The notes: a model not told the origin generated them from the sequence alone. A stretch of DNA of 63,080 nucleotides, filler included, from Choristocarpus tenellus KU-1152 (GCA_964200185.2; 10 parts of 10 records of this genome joined end to end with filler, not necessarily neighbours in it); one strand, 5' to 3'. Counted from the first letter of the whole stretch, positions 25,700 to 39,802 are shown. Program-made: numbers and translations.

Positions 25700-26720
25700 C
25701 TAGTGCATATGTTCATCATGTTTGTGGCTCATGGGATCTTGGTTTTTGCGCATACTTAGTATGAAGTTCGAAATACGTACATGTGTGCGTGCTGACGACC
25801 TGTTGATGACCTGATAGGGAGTGTTTTAATCTCTGTGTTACGAACATCAGACAAGGTCGAGTTTTTGCTTGTGTGGTGTTCACAACCACAATAAAGACAA
25901 CTGTTGACTAATGTTTGGAGGAAGTAGACGATCCTTTACTCAGATGTTGTTTACACAGGGGGGAGGCTGTTAATCAAAGAAGGCCATGATTTTTCTAAAC
26001 GGTGGTGTGAATATTGAAATTTTTGTGTGTGGACTATTATACGAGTAACCCCCTGTTCTTCAAGCACGATTCAACCTCCTTTGCATTACACAATTGTTAG
26101 TCTTAGGCCACTACGAGATGAGCCCAATGTTCAGATGGTGATCCTTTTGGAGTGATACAGGCATATATGTGCTGGTTGTTTAAAAGTATGACGAATTGCT
26201 TTGGTGTGTGCTGGTCTCCTCTTCTCTCTCTTCTTGTCGTTGTGCTTGTCCAGGATCTATCAGGGAAATAATGAGATGAGTGCAGTTGAGAGTGCTCCCA
26301 GAGTGCTTTCGGTTACTACATGAATCAAACATGACGTGTGCAGGAAGTTGGTGTCGTACACCTTGTCAATAATAATAGTCGTTGGTGGTTGCTGCTTCCG
26401 CTGTTCATTCAACCCATCCCCACCTACCCTTTCCATGTTGTTATGCCTCAACCATGTGCATGAAGTTCTTCCTTTGATGATGTGAGCGACATGGCGTGGT
26501 GTTGAATACGTGGTGCCGCAAGCATATTTGTATGTTGTAGTATGTTATTAGGTGATAGAGGGGTGAGGAGCGTTCCACATTTCTTCCCGAAACACGGAAT
26601 CTTTCAAGTCTAGACTCAACTCTTGATGACCAGATTGGGATTATTTAATACAGAAATTTCAAGAACAAAGTCAAGTGTCCCATCGTTCCACACTACAAGC
26701 AGTAGCTCTTGATTGTGCCG
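25700..26720 (-). pseudogene. Degenerate Penelope-like RT remnant, interrupted by a MITE
   Basis: Fragments LLVVWNDGTLDFV..LNNPNL, PRHVAHIIKG..WLRHNN and KAIRHTFK follow the order of the Penelope RT C-terminal half. Confidence 0.35.
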
Positions 26721-26723
26721 GTT

Positions 26724-26982
26724 GGGTTAAAGTATCTTAGAGGGTATGAGTTTTTCTCTTTTTGTCCATTTGGGGCTTGGCTTCTCACAGGTTTTTAATG
26801 ACATTTTACCCACTCCAAAATGTTTCAGAGTTTGTAAAATGTGCATGTTATGAAAAGCTGTGTCCGGAAGTAGGATATTGACATCTCCTAACGAACATGA
26901 TAGCCTAAATTATATCAATATTTCAAAATTAGATTTTGGCCCCCAAATGGACGCGGCTCTACCCTCTAAGATACTTCGCCTC
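26724..26982 (-). mobile_element. MITE, Sola-like, reverse orientation, TSD GGTT
   Basis: Reverse complement of the 16892 copy; ggtt at 26720-26723 and 26983-26986. Confidence 0.9.
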
Positions 26983-27156
26983 GGTTGGTGAGCACAACTG
27001 TCAACGTAACACATCTTGTTTGGGTGGGTGAGAGTCACATACACAGGGCCCCACGGNNNNNNNNNNNNNNNNNNNNNNNNNNNNNNNNNNNNNNNNNNNN
27101 TTAATTAATTAANNNNNNNNNNNNNNNNNNNNNNNNNNNNNNNNNNNNNNNNNNNN

Positions 27157-27458
27157 GTATAGCACAGTGCCCTGGTGGTGGATGCAACTAGAGCAACAGT
27201 AAGTGCATGGTAGGCCTCTTCGGCCATCCAGATGTCATTCGCACTGAAGCCGTCCGAGAGAAGTTCTTCGAAGGAGCGTTCTTGATTGACTGGTCTTTCA
27301 CTTGTCAACTCATCCAAACAGTGGGTATATCGGCAATGAACGATGAAACACCTCCGCCAGTCCCGGTAGTCCGAGTCATCCAATAGTTTCGGTGGTCGGG
27401 TTCTCGATCTCTTTGTCGTAGGGCGAACAATATGTGTGCCTGTCCCCAAGCTCTCCAA
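27157..27458 (-). mobile_element. Copia-like gag N-terminal ORF running into the linker
   Basis: PPKLLDDSDYRDWRRCF...AYHALTVAL resembles the Copia gag N-terminus (KL.G.NY..W..R). Confidence 0.45.
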
Positions 27459-29299
27459 AGAACCGAACCTCCGGCTTGCTCCACTTTTGATGCTCCCAGT
27501 CGAGGGAGCGGCACTGGTCTTGGGCAGTCTATTTAGTCCCCGTTTCCTGAGTGGGATTCAAACGAGGTTACGATATGAGTTGGTGGGTTTGTTTCCCTTT
27601 GACATTAGTGTCCGATCTTGATAATGCGAACATAGGTAATACTGCCACTTTGTTCGGGCGAGGGGGCTTGTACAATGTTTGGTCACGAAGTATTCCACGG
27701 AGTACGGCTGTGTTGGATGACACCCAACGTTCAAAGTGTAGACAAGGGTGTGTTGGATACTTCGAGAACCGAAGCCGCCCCGGTTAGAATATCCTGAAAA
27801 GGTGTCCATCACAAATGCGGGCACTCGCGAGCCACATCAAAAAGGTTATGAATATATCCCATGAAGCATGTAGGACGAAATGAATTGAGGTAGTTTATTA
27901 AACGGTGGATTGTGTTTTCATCTGATTTTTTAGGAAACAGTTGACAAATGCTTGGTGGGTGTCGCCCTAGATAATATTGGCGTATGTATGTACTACAATT
28001 GACGTGTTCTGTCGAACAGTAAACTATTGTGTAGGATGGGTTTTGTGGTGGAAGGGATACTGAACGTTTCATGTGGTATCGATCTATACATATCCCCAGA
28101 TGCACATACCATTGTATGTGCCTCTTTCTCTACAGGGGATATGAGATTGCGCTTCAGGTTTTGAAGAATCGAGGACGATTGGATTGGAGGCGTGTGGCTT
28201 CAAAGAAGTTGGTATGTGGACCGCCGCAACGTTTGCCATACTTTGTCGTACAGTTAAGTATGGCAAAAATGACATGAGGTGAGTGGATGAAGGAAGAGCA
28301 AAACATGTCTTGGCATAATTTCATTATTGTGTAAGGGTCAGGGACGGTGAGAGGGTTGGGGCACAGGGTTAGGGTTGGGACAGGTGTCAGGGTTGGGGTT
28401 GGAAACAGAAACTGGAAGGAACATCGTTTAGTTCCGATACATATCGGAATCCAGGTATCGGAGGACACAAACTTAGTCGTTAGGTTTCATTCTGCTCTTG
28501 ATGGGAAGACGTGTGCGTAACCGGTTCGGAGCTATGGTGGAACTGGTGAACACCACCACATGTCTCTGATTTCGATGCAAATGTGTGATTTCGGAAGGAT
28601 ATGGTGACCATATGCTTCACTATGCCTAGTCTTCCAGCGCTAATCCCTCTTTCAAGTAATTTCAGAACACACAGGCTACATTGGAGTGTGTCTAGCTGCA
28701 ACAGAGGCCTGGCCTTGCCTTTGGGATGTCCTGGGATCTACCCCTCCGGAGTTCACGAGTCCATTCCCGCTGTTAGCCAGATCCCCTAGTGGCTGACGGG
28801 TGGTCATCATACATCTGCAGTACGGTGGGTATGGTCCTCTTGAAGAACTGAAACAACGATTCCTCTATATTGTCCAGGACCGTTGGTTTGTTGTCGAGAG
28901 TGAGTGAGTGTCGGGGGATTGTCGCATATATGGTTTGGCGAAAGTTTTTTGTTACGCACTACAATATAATTCTTCAAAAGTGCAAATATATGAAAAAAAG
29001 ATGCAAACTCAAAGTTTTGACCCTCTCGCACTAGCGAAGAAATAGCGGATGGAGAGTTACAAATATATATACATTTTATGTCTCTATTTGTTCTAGTTCA
29101 TACATATAGAGGTACAACATTCGGTAAAGGCTGTTGTTCTTTCGTTGATTAGGAGGGTTAGATTGTCATACAACCAACAAGCAAATAGAGGTCGAACAGG
29201 TTATGATTCCTTCATCAAGGGAGACTAGGTGCGTATCCCTTCCACAAGGATCGGGCTCGTCTGTCACTATCCCTGTGCGCTGTACGTAACGCTAAACAC

Positions 29300-30649
29300 C
29301 GGGCGTGTTGGAAGGGAAAAAGACGACAGGACTTCCTCTTCGTGTAAGGTGATCAGATGCGTACGGCTCGAGGATGATGTGAACCGACCGCGACATGCCA
29401 CCCTCTCTGGGCTTGACTTGATGCGAAAATATTTTCTCTCTCTCCTTCTGTTTGTTTCCCCTGTCCCATTTCCAATATGCCCACCCGATACAGACATCAC
29501 GTGATGAAATGAGAGGCTTAGCCCAACCACCGAACGCCGCCATCCCTCCAAAGGGAACCAGAAGGTGAGTCCCCATACAAGAAACGTTCACCTTTTGTGC
29601 AGCCTATACGGGAGCGTTTCTGAATGACCAATATCGCAAACACACCATCATCATATAGCGCCTTCGGCGGATGTTGCGGCTTTCGTCAGTTCACATAGTA
29701 TGCATTAGCATATGACTGACATGATGGTGTACCCAAGCGGTTGTACGACCCCCTAGTCGCGACCCCTAACCCAAACATTGTCACATAGCGTGCCGTACCG
29801 AACACGCCCATCTGGAAGAGAGCCTTCCTCATCTACAAGCCGTTCGCGATGTGTAACATATCCTGCCAATTCCTATGTTCGCGTTCCTCTCGATAATGGG
29901 TTCCAACATGTCTGGTATTCGGCTTTGGCAAAAGCACGAACATGCCCATTAGGAATGATCTCGTTATTGCTTTCTTAATGTATAGCCCAAATTCGGGTTA
30001 GGCCTAGACGGTGTTGCTGTTCACCACGCTACATCGATTCACACGAGATGGCCCATACAAACAGACACAACACAGACAGGGTCCTAATTACATTCCCTCA
30101 CATTTCAATACTGTGCAAAGCGATAGCAATTGAGACCCCAACGCGTTATGTACGAAGGTTTTCAGGACTACAACCATACCAATTTCGTCCATCACTGCTA
30201 TGTTGCCACCTGTGTAAATATATTTCGTAAGCTCCAGATACAATTGGGAGTGAAAGCAATTTCGCGTCAAAATCGGTGTAAACCCTATGCACGCCGATCT
30301 CTTTTTTCCGCCGTATAGTCGACGGCTCTGTTGACACTGGCGAATTTTTTTGTTCGTGTACACTAAGAGGCCTCAATGTCATGGCGGTTTGAAATCCAGG
30401 GAGCAAATGCTCACGTTGGGCCAAGAATGGCGACGTGTGCGGTGTTGAAGAGTTTTGAACGTGTCCACCCCTTGTTGCGTTTTTCTTGGTCGCGAACACA
30501 ACCACATGGCTCAACACATGTTTACATGTTCATTTGTATTCGGAGCTTGTACCAAGCGGCTGTCAGCAGTGGAAACACAAGCATTTTCACATTCGATGCC
30601 CTGTATGTGTTACCTTTGCAACCGTGTACATAGAAGGGCCCCTTTTATG
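29300..30649 (-). pseudogene. Degenerate PIF/Harbinger (DDE_Tnp_4-like) transposase
   Basis: QSRRLYGGKKR, then FLYGDS...HLLVPFGG...SSRDVCIGWA, match the order YNGxKR / GDSAY / PF / R..VEW.FG. Confidence 0.5.
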
Positions 30650-30749
30650 NNNNNNNNNNNNNNNNNNNNNNNNNNNNNNNNNNNNNNNNNNNNTTAATTA
30701 ATTAANNNNNNNNNNNNNNNNNNNNNNNNNNNNNNNNNNNNNNNNNNNN

Positions 30750-30842
30750 ACTCTTGACTGGGAACCTCACTCAGTACCACGGTATAACGGTATATGGCAT
30801 ACGGCAATAACGGTATAATAACAGACAAACATGCTTTCCACA
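30750..30842. repeat. Repeated element end (...catgctttccaca), putative short LTR; copies at 37241-37326 and 60644-60750
   Basis: Three near-identical copies with internal aacggtataat repeats, all diverging right after tttccaca. Confidence 0.8.
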
Positions 30843-31299
30843 TATATACACATATGTATATAATTTTCATTGGTTTCCCCGTGACACATCTGCAACATGT
30901 CAGAGGGCATAATAATATATATATTATATATATATATATGGAAAATGTGAGCAGGTACAAAAATCTATTTAAAATATGTTTATACCGTCACCAGTTTCTA
31001 TCTTTCTCATACCGTAGCACCAGCAAAAAACCGAAAGCCTATCCAAAACGTTCTATTGAAACAAACGTTTTGGACAACCTCTCAAACCTCCATCACTTGC
31101 CTTTTGGAGGCCGCCCAGTGCTTCCTGAAGGCAGTGTAACGTACCCGTGTCGGACCAATATAGTCCAAGTGAAGGGGTGTCAGGGAATTGGAGAGCACCC
31201 TTTGGCATTCTTGGTAGACAGCGGAACTCGGGCTTGGCAAAGCACCCACGAGTACACCCGACCCCGCCCCAAGAAACACGAGGGGGCGGGGTCACAAGG

Positions 31300-33071
31300 A
31301 TGAATTCTGGAAGCAGACACAGCATGCGGGGTGAATTAACTCCCCCACAGATGACTAGCAGTCGCCTAGAACCTGAAAAGCTCAGGCGACCAAAAGGTTA
31401 GAACAGGTTAACTCTTGCTTACATTTGGCCGCCTATATTTTCCTCCCCACCATTTCTGGAAGACCTTTGACTGTTACGTTAATTGAAGAAGTGGAAATAA
31501 GTTGATATGCATAAGCTATCATAGTTGATCACGTCGAAGTCATCCCTGAGACGTGCATCACTGCAGTTATTGGGTCTGCGCACACGTTAACTATCAGGGG
31601 CTGTGGTTCAAACTCGTTTAGGGTGCGTTGTCCACTCTAGTTTGCAATGTGTATTCAAGGTGAGATAGAGGCGGATATATTCATCGGAAAATTTGGATTG
31701 CTTAGCCCTTCCTGCGTGCCTTAGAAAACTTCGTGATGTCGATTAGATTTGAAATTGGTTCAAGAATTCGGTTTCTGGTCAGAGTTTGAGATCCTGCCTG
31801 TAGTGCGCCAATAGTACTGGAAAGGTATAGATAAATGTGGAGAGTAATGACGGGCTTGACGATTAGTGTTCGAAAGAGAAGTATTAGGATGTCCTTCTCT
31901 CGACAGTTGGTTGGAATCCACTGCTGCGAGCCTGGAAGAGATTCGTGAATAGTTTGAAAATGACCAATGAAGTGTATAATGTTGCATCTAGAGAGACATT
32001 TGAGACCCGAAGCATTTTCCGTGGTGGATCCATGGGCAAGTAGCAGTTGGTCGCTGCTTTGAAGATTTGTATTACTAGGTGAATTCCTTACGTAAATGGT
32101 TGGAAGTGTGTTAAAGTGTGTCATCATCTTCTCACTAGAGTGGAAATCTCAGCAGCAACAGAAACCTGTGACAGAGAGACGGAGCGTGGTCAAGTGTAAC
32201 CCAGATCAGTGGTGATCCCACCCAGCATCAACGTCTTTCCTATACAGAGCCGATACTGCCATTTGATCCCCCAACAGGATCAGATCTGCAGAAACTTTGT
32301 TGAATATCTCACATTTGTCATCTTGGTTCCATTGGGTGCTTGTAAGCCTTTATGGCATGTGTCTAGGGAACAGACAGTGAATATCCCTTGGTATTCCCAT
32401 CTTCCAGATTGGTCCCTTTCATTGATTGGGGAATAACGAGGAGGTGTGGGTGATCATGATGTACTATCTTGTACACTGCTTACTTTTCTCATTGTCAACA
32501 CCCCCCTATTCCATCTTTTTCCTTGCGATACAAATTCCATATTCCCATGCAATTCCTTGCAGAGTTCTCCCTCCCCCCATGTCCTTATGTCTCCACATTC
32601 AGATACATGAACACTCATTTCATGACAACTCAAGAGATTTATTGTCCCCAATGTCTGATAAACACACCCACACACCCACACACACCCGCACAAACAAACA
32701 CACACACACACACACGACATCATTTCCCTCTTCCTTACGACCATCCACTGGTGATCTATGCATGCTAGATCTTTTGTGTTTTGTAGTCTTCCCTGAATCA
32801 TCGTGCCTCAGGCGCACTTCCCCTTGTACAGACAATCCTACCCCCTTCCCCTTTCCCTCTGGGAGCCTTCTTACGCCCTTTTGTTTGGATGGTTTGGATG
32901 GTTTGGATGGTTTGGATGGTTTGGATGCACGAAACAGACACGCCGTTCCGGCAGCAGAAGGTCAAGTCCTGGCTGCCGATTCTGCAGCCGAGGCTGGTTG
33001 TGGGCATATTCCTGGCCATAGGGATTGTCTTCATTCCTGTGGGCAAGTGGTTTATGGACCAATCTGACAAA
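31300..33071 (+). CDS. CDC50: CDC50/LEM3 family P4-ATPase flippase beta subunit, first two exons, truncated by the contig end
   Basis: Exon 31300-31396 (...EKLRRPK, phase-1 donor g|gttag) joins exon 32938-33071 to give KLRRPKDTPFRQQKVKSWLPILQPRLVVGIFLAIGIVFIPVG, the family N-terminal motif plus TM1. The start ATG is uncertain (31300 or one of two downstream ATGs). Confidence 0.85.
31540..32130 (-). pseudogene. Degenerate RT-like (Penelope-like?) remnant in CDC50 intron 1
   Basis: PTIYVRNS, LLFRTLI..YLSSTIGALQAGS and LNTHCKLEWT fragments; by-eye similarity only. Confidence 0.3.
32883..32927 (+). repeat. (GTTTGGATG)5 just upstream of the CDC50 exon 2 acceptor
   Basis: Read directly. Confidence 0.95.
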
Positions 33072-34422
33072 GTGAGCTCTGGTTGTGGGGTGAATGCGGC
33101 ACACTTTTGTTATCGTGGACCACGTCCTTGTGGAAGGGACGAGGGAGTTATGTCTGCTGGATTTGCCTGAACATAGTCAATTTGCATACTGAAACATGAA
33201 GATTTTCTTCTTTTTTGCGGTGTGAAGCACGCAAAGGTGCGTGAAGTACATCCTCAAGGTACGTGGTGTGAATCAGGGGGGGGGGGGGGGTCAGGTTCGT
33301 TTTTTNNNNNNNNNNNNNNNNNNNNNNNNNNNNNNNNNNNNNNNNNNNNTTAATTAATTAANNNNNNNNNNNNNNNNNNNNNNNNNNNNNNNNNNNNNNN
33401 NNNNNGGATTGAGGAATAAGAAAATAGGAATGTGCAAAATAATAATAATAATCCAGAATTCGTGAGCAAAACAAAAACCCGAATTTTGCACATAATTTAC
33501 CAGTATCCTTTCACGGCTCTGGGTACCTCTGGTGTACTTAGACTTACTCTACCGTCATATTTGCAAATTTATATCGAAACTCAGCATAGGTCTATCAAAA
33601 ATCCAAGAGAGTCCTATGTTTTGGGATAAATGAAACAGTCCAACCTAAAACTCACTAAAAAAAAAATCGCAGAAAACCCACAAACGTCGAGCGACTTTTT
33701 ATACAATGTGACCAGAAGCATACGAAGATAGGTGCACAATAAAATCTTATATGAATCTGATGTGTGAATCTAAGTCGCCCAGAAATCACAACATGGCAAA
33801 GCAGACCCCAAATAGACAGTTGCCACCCTCTGCAAGATAGTTTGTGCCACATGTTGATGTACAGCAGAGTATGTTGCAAAACAGCTCGTGCCATTACCCT
33901 GGTTGCCAGGCACGACTCGTGATGATCACTGGACCCAGTCTTGCCTGGACAACCCAAGTGGTACTCAGAGGTCGTGGAGATAATCATGGTCGTGAGGATA
34001 GACAGCCACTTGCTGGTCACTATTCTCCTTGTCTCTAGGGGTGGGTAACCAGGTGGATTTGACTCCTGTCCATTTAGGAATGAACATGGTGTAGTTGACA
34101 CTATCGTAGGGAGTGGGCAAGAGTCAGAAGTTATTACCAGGCCGTACCACGTGCTCCTTGAGCATCGTTTATTCCCTGTTCGTCTGTTTACCAAGCATTT
34201 TCCTTGGCCCATAGTTAAACCAAGGTCGTACCATAATAGTCAAACTTGATTCAACACTTCTTTGTGCAGATACCCATCTACTCCAACACATTTCCTCTTT
34301 TTTACCACAAAGGGGTTCGTGTATCTATCATCATCGGAGAATAAGAAGAAGCTGACTTAAGCATTGACACAGCAAGTGATGTACCATGCATTTCAGAGGT
34401 ACTTGTTCGCAATTTGCCTCAA

Positions 34423-34680
34423 GAGCCAAAATATCTTAGAGGGTAGAGCCACGTCCATTTGGGGGCCAAAATCCAACGTTGCAATTTTGATGTAATTTTG
34501 GATATCATGTTTGTTAGGAGATGTCAGTATCCTTGTTCCGGACACATCTTTTCATAATGTATACATTTTACCTACTCCGAAACATTTTGGAGTAGGTAAA
34601 ATGTCATTAAAAACACGTGGGAAGCCAAGCCCCAAATGGACAAACAGGGAAAACCTCGTACCCTCTATATATTTTCACTC
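34423..34680 (+). mobile_element. MITE, Sola-like; flanks TCAA/TTAA (1 mismatch)
   Basis: gagccaaaatatcttagagggta...taccctctatatattttcactc, colinear with the other copies. Confidence 0.9.
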
Positions 34681-35399
34681 TTAACTCAAGCGTTTCGATG
34701 TGCATCCTGTTCGTCTGGTGCAATAAATCTACGTACTGCTAAAGTATCGCCACTGCATGTTCATATTCGTTATTCACTTACACATTATATGACACCACAT
34801 TGCCCAGTGAAGGAAGCTTTAATGATTCTCTATCTTGGTCCCAATTAAATGCTGCATGATAATAGTGTTATTTCAGTGCAATCCTCGATTGATAAGAAAA
34901 GCGTCTCTCATTCCGCAGCAACTTGTGTACCATTCCAGGAAGACATCATATGACAAGGATCTCCACACAACAAATGTGTCATACAAGTATTAGTCCTTTG
35001 TGATCTGTGGTGAGTGTACAACATTATTTTGACCCTGTACTCGTTGTCCATTTACATAAACAGTACAACCTACCAGCTGGTCATGAAATCATCGTATGCT
35101 GCACAACTACTGATGCCTGCCCCTTGATACTACTATTGTAGTGGAGCCAGTCATAAATTCCATGCCTGATGTTAGATCGACACAATGAACCCACACATCC
35201 ATGGAATCATATCGTCATTGCTCTCACACTCTCAGTACTTGGTCAGCAAACAGTTTACATCAGTACTGGCTCAATTGGCAAACCCAACCGCATGTAGGGT
35301 TCGCATCAAGGATCATCTTGTAATTGACCAATTGGTCCCAATCTCTGATCATACACCCCTCAGTTATTACTCTGAATACTGATTCTGCCTCGTCCAGTG

Positions 35400-36860
35400 A
35401 AGCTAGAGAGGAGTTACATCAAGCCTTCAGTACGATAAATGCTTTCAAAGACACCATCTTCAATCAATCACAAGTGTCTCAACTCTTAAGACCTATGTGC
35501 TAGTTATATATCGATATTTTCGTTGAATGCTGTAGAACTGGGCAGATGTACTCTACCTGAAGAAGAATTTCCTGTAAGGCCTAGTACCAAGCCTGTTGAT
35601 AAGAACCCCCATACTCAAGAAGTGAATGACTCGTGTGTTAACACTATGCAAGAGCAAGCCATCATTGCAACACGTGCCAGCGCTTGGGTAGTCCTGTTAC
35701 CCTCGTAGCCAAGTCTGATTTCTCTCCACGATTCTGTGTAGAGTACTGGTCGACTGCTAATAAACATCTTGTTCGACATGCTTGGCCTATATCTGATATG
35801 GACTCTCATAGTGATACAGTGGGTGGTGTCAGCTTTGTCATCGTTCGCTTGTGATATTCAGTGTGCGCATTGGCAAATTACAGTTACTGAAGCTGATATT
35901 GATAAAACTTCTTTTTTCGCCTTCCGGAATCAAACATGTTTTGTAGAGGATGCCGTTTGGGATATCGAATGCTCCCTGGTTTCATATAATCATGTCGTTA
36001 GCCTTTGCCAACTTTGACCTACTTAGTGGTTTACGTGAATTATTTGATTACTTGTTCTCCCACTTAGAAGGACATTTGCGCCTACTAGAGCAGCAGTTCA
36101 AACCTTTGCAAACAGCAGGTTTAACCTTGAAACCGTAAAGAGATTCAATTTGGACCTAAAGAAGTCCATTATCTGGGTCACGTTTTGTCGTCTGAAGGGA
36201 TTCGTTTCGGTGAAGATCGGACTCGTGCCATCACTTGAATTACCTAAACCCACCACTATCAAATAACTTCGATCTGTCCTAGGTATGGTTTATTTTGTGC
36301 ATAAATTTATAGCCAACCAGCCACAGTAATCGAACCGTTAGTTCGCCAAACTAAGAAAGGTGTCAGCAAGATCATTGCTAAAGAAATGGGGACTGAACCA
36401 GGATGTGGCATTTTTTTGAAAGTGAAACAATTACCACTGCATTCCCGGTTCTAGTATTTCCATACTTTAGCGAAGAGTTCGTCGTCCATGACAATGCCAG
36501 TGAGAGTGGTGCTGGAGGTTTTTTGCACAACCCCAATCCGATAACCTTGATGACCAAAGTACCATTGCTTATTTTGGTAACATATATAACGAACCTCGAC
36601 ATCACTATTCACCTACGTTTAGAGAGTGTTTTGCAGACATTTCCTCTATCGCTCATTGTCGACCTTATATCTGGAGCAAACACTTTACCTGCATTGCACA
36701 TCATACCGCCTTGTGCTACTTGTATAGAATGCAGAATATCAGCAACAAGCTTACTCGTTGGGCTATTGCATTCAAGCGTAAGATTTTACTGTCAAGTACA
36801 AGTCTGGTAAGGTAAATACTCTATCTCGTATTTTCAAGTTTGAGTAACAGGAGAAATACG
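35400..36860 (+). mobile_element. Ty3/Gypsy pol remnant (RT + RNase H), disrupted
   Basis: ASAWVVLLP, RMPFGISNAP, AGLTLKP, EVHYLGHVLSSEGI, PVLVFPYFSEEFVVHDNASESGAGGFL and LTRWAIA..DFTVKYKSGK, across frameshifts. Confidence 0.88.
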
Positions 36861-36900
36861 TTGCTCCAATGTTGGCACTCATCTGTCGTAATGTACCCAA

Positions 36901-37140
36901 TGTGCAAATTACCTTGGGAGGTAATGCTATTTGTTAGTAGTGAAGATAAGAAGGTGTGAAGCCTCACACGACTCCCTTTGCTGAACGTGATTACATGGTT
37001 GAAGATTAGAAGAGTGACCTTGTGTGGTGTCTTCTCATTGCTTGTCTATTATTTATTTGTGCTTCCTATCTAAGTCAACGGTTATGTCAAAGTAGTTGAA
37101 TGCGGAAAAAATACCAATACATAATCCCAAACATAATCCG
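36901..37140 (+). mobile_element. Putative LTR start inserted after the Gypsy remnant, truncated by the linker
   Basis: Begins TGTGCAAATT; the first 69 nt match 1-69 reversed. No polypurine tract precedes it. Confidence 0.55.
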
Positions 37141-37479
37141 NNNNNNNNNNNNNNNNNNNNNNNNNNNNNNNNNNNNNNNNNNNNTTAATTAATTAANNNN
37201 NNNNNNNNNNNNNNNNNNNNNNNNNNNNNNNNNNNNNNNNATGGTATAACGGTATATGGCATACGGCAATAACGGTATAATAACGGTATAATAACGGTAT
37301 AATAACAGACAAACATGCTTTCCACACATGGTACACATTGTTTCATTTTTTGGTAATAGGGCTTTTTCTGGATTAGTCAAATATATGTAATAGTCTCCAT
37401 ATTGAGCTTGTTGAGGTTTGAATAGTTCCGTATCGTTTTGTACTCTGGTGATTTCACCTAGTTTATCCACTGTTAGATC

Positions 37480-39207
37480 ATATGCAGGGTAAACCTTGGG
37501 TGTGGAGACATCTGACTCTGTTTGGTCTATTGCGGCGCAGTGGGGCTAGTGGAAGTGGTGTTTCATCCAACATAAATTCTTCCAACCTTGTCCAGGACAA
37601 AATATCCGGAATGTAGTGTAAAATCCCGGTTTATGTAAAAGTGTGAAATCTAAAGCTTGTAAGGCTATGGCCCACCTGGTTAACATATTGGAAGTATCTT
37701 GCATTGTATGTAGCCAAAGTAATGCTGAATGATCATTTACAACTGTAAGTGCTTACCCCGAATATATAGGTGCCAATGTGTCATGGCAAGGATAACGGGC
37801 AGACATTCTTTCTGAGTTGCTGAATATTGTCTTTGGGCTGGCTTAAAAAGAACACCATGGTGGGGTACAATTTGGAAACTCTTGAGTAAAATCTGGAAAG
37901 CCTAATAATGGCGCCATAGTCAATAGACTTTTACGCTCATTAAAAGAATTTTGCTGTGGTCGTCCCGATAGTTGAGATAGACTTTTGCCTCTTCCAGACA
38001 TTTTTGCACTTTTCTTTGTGAAACCAAGGGTTAGGTTATTGTAGCCAAATGGGGAATGTATTTCCTAACAAAATTCATGGAACCTAGAAAGGATTGTAAT
38101 CTTTCACAGATTTAGGGGCTTTCAGAGCAGTAATAGCCTGGATTCGATCTGGTGACATAGCAATACCGCTGACATCATGTCCCGAAAAATGAATTGATTT
38201 TGAGCCAAATTGGGCTTTAGATGGTTTAAGAAAACTGCTACTTGCTGCAGTAACGACAATACGCTCTCAAGAAGTTGGATATGATGGTTTCACGTTGGGG
38301 AGGCTAGTACAATGTCGTCAAGATAAATCAGTAAGCCCGTACTCGGTCCTAGAGCTGAAAATGTTTCGGACTTTCGGATATGAAGCGTTAATATCTCCAT
38401 GGTCGTTAGCAACACCAAAGGGTAGCCTTTTGAATTCGTATTTTCCATCCGGTGTGACAAAGACAGTTTTTTGGCGTTCGGAGGTGTCGGTGATGGGTAG
38501 TTGCCAGCAGGCTGACTGAACATTGAGACACGAAAGGTACTTTGCTCCCTCTAGTGTGCCCCAACAATCTTCCATAGATGGTAACGGCCCGGAATTACAT
38601 ACCAATTTTTTTTCAGTGAGAGCCTAAAGTCTACAGAGAATCGAGGAGACCCATCAGGTTGTGTAACTATGGTTACCGGTGACGCCCAAGGACTTGAGGA
38701 GAGTTGAATTATTCCCTGATTTTCCATTCCTCCACACAAGTACAGATTGTTTAATGTATTTTGGATGCGGTCCGATATGGTGGACGATTCACAGGAACTG
38801 TACCTGGTTTAAGTGGAAATTCAACACTGGAATTATTGCAACAGCCTAGTTCCTTAGAAGTGAGTGAAAATACAGGTCGATATTTAACAAGGTCAGGTAG
38901 TTCTTCTTGTTCATTATCAGATAACACTGCATCTACCAGGACTCTTTTACAGAAAACTTCTTTTAACTCATCACGGACCTGTTTAAGCTCCTCTGGAGTG
39001 CTTGGAGTTGCCGCTATGGTACTGGTCTGTGCTTCGGAAAGTATATGAATTTGATCCACGGGTGCTATATGACCTACATTGAGGAGGTATCTTGACACCA
39101 TGATTGGAAGGGTTGACAATTTTGACTAGACAAGATTCATCCTCTTCCCAAACAATTAAAGACGGACTGACCATGATATCTTTCCATGGAGATTGTTTAT
39201 GTTCCTG
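37480..39207 (-). mobile_element. Ty3/Gypsy pol remnant (RT + RNase H), disrupted
   Basis: PVNRPPYR, SSPWASPVTIVTQPDGSPRFSVDFR, KTVFVTPDGKYEFKRLPFG, LLIYLDDIVL (catalytic YLDD), LTRWAIALQ.LDF, HKPGILHYIPDILS. Confidence 0.92.
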
Positions 39208-39800
39208 GAGCCAAACTATCTGAGAGGGTATGGCCCCGTCCAAATGGGGTCTTGAATTTGATGTGGACGATTTGTTAATGTAATTATGGGAAAGCGTCTT
39301 AACTGGTGAGTGTAATGAACCCCCGATTCACAGGGGCACCTTTGAGAAGTTGCTTCTTTGGGATTTTGTCATCATATATATATCAATCGTGTAGGATTAA
39401 TTGCTGGTGTCTCCATTTATTGTGGTTTTTGAAGTGCGATGATGATATGCCTGTTTGATGAATTTACCTTTATTAATGGAGTAGGTGTTCAAAATGTAGA
39501 GTTAGGTTTCGATGGTGATAGGACAATTTTTGCCAAGCAAGATAACATTGAGAGCACAAACGCAGGAAGAACGCGCAGGACGCTGCGAGGACAACCAAGC
39601 AAAGAGCGAGCGTATTCCTTGGTGGCACATGCAATATATAGGATTAGAACATATTGCGAGGAGTAATATCCTATTCCTTTTGGGGGGGAGGATGGCATTG
39701 TCATTCTATGTTGACGGCGATGTGTATGCGATGTCTTAGATTTTGTATTGGTTATTATTGCGACCTATTATGTACGATGAGATTACAAATGCCTTGAGAA
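39208..39800 (+). mobile_element. Left end and internal sequence of a longer element with the MITE-type terminus
   Basis: gagccaaactatctgagagggtatggccccgtccaaatgggg at 39208 matches the MITE left end, then diverges into different internal DNA. It truncates the Gypsy pol. Confidence 0.6.
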
Positions 39801-39802
39801 GA

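Noticed and set aside
27550-28300. Possible DIRS/Copia pol fragments
   Set aside because: Motif resemblance is too weak and inconsistent to assign.
32426-33067. 213-aa ORF with DGL repeats, and overlapping WMV/IQT ORFs
   Set aside because: Produced by (ca)n and the 9-bp repeat in an intron. The real frame is CDC50 exon 2.
36901-37326. Single solo LTR spanning the linker
   Set aside because: The flanks (cccaa / catgg) are not a TSD, and the two sides are separate contigs with opposite-strand Gypsy remnants.
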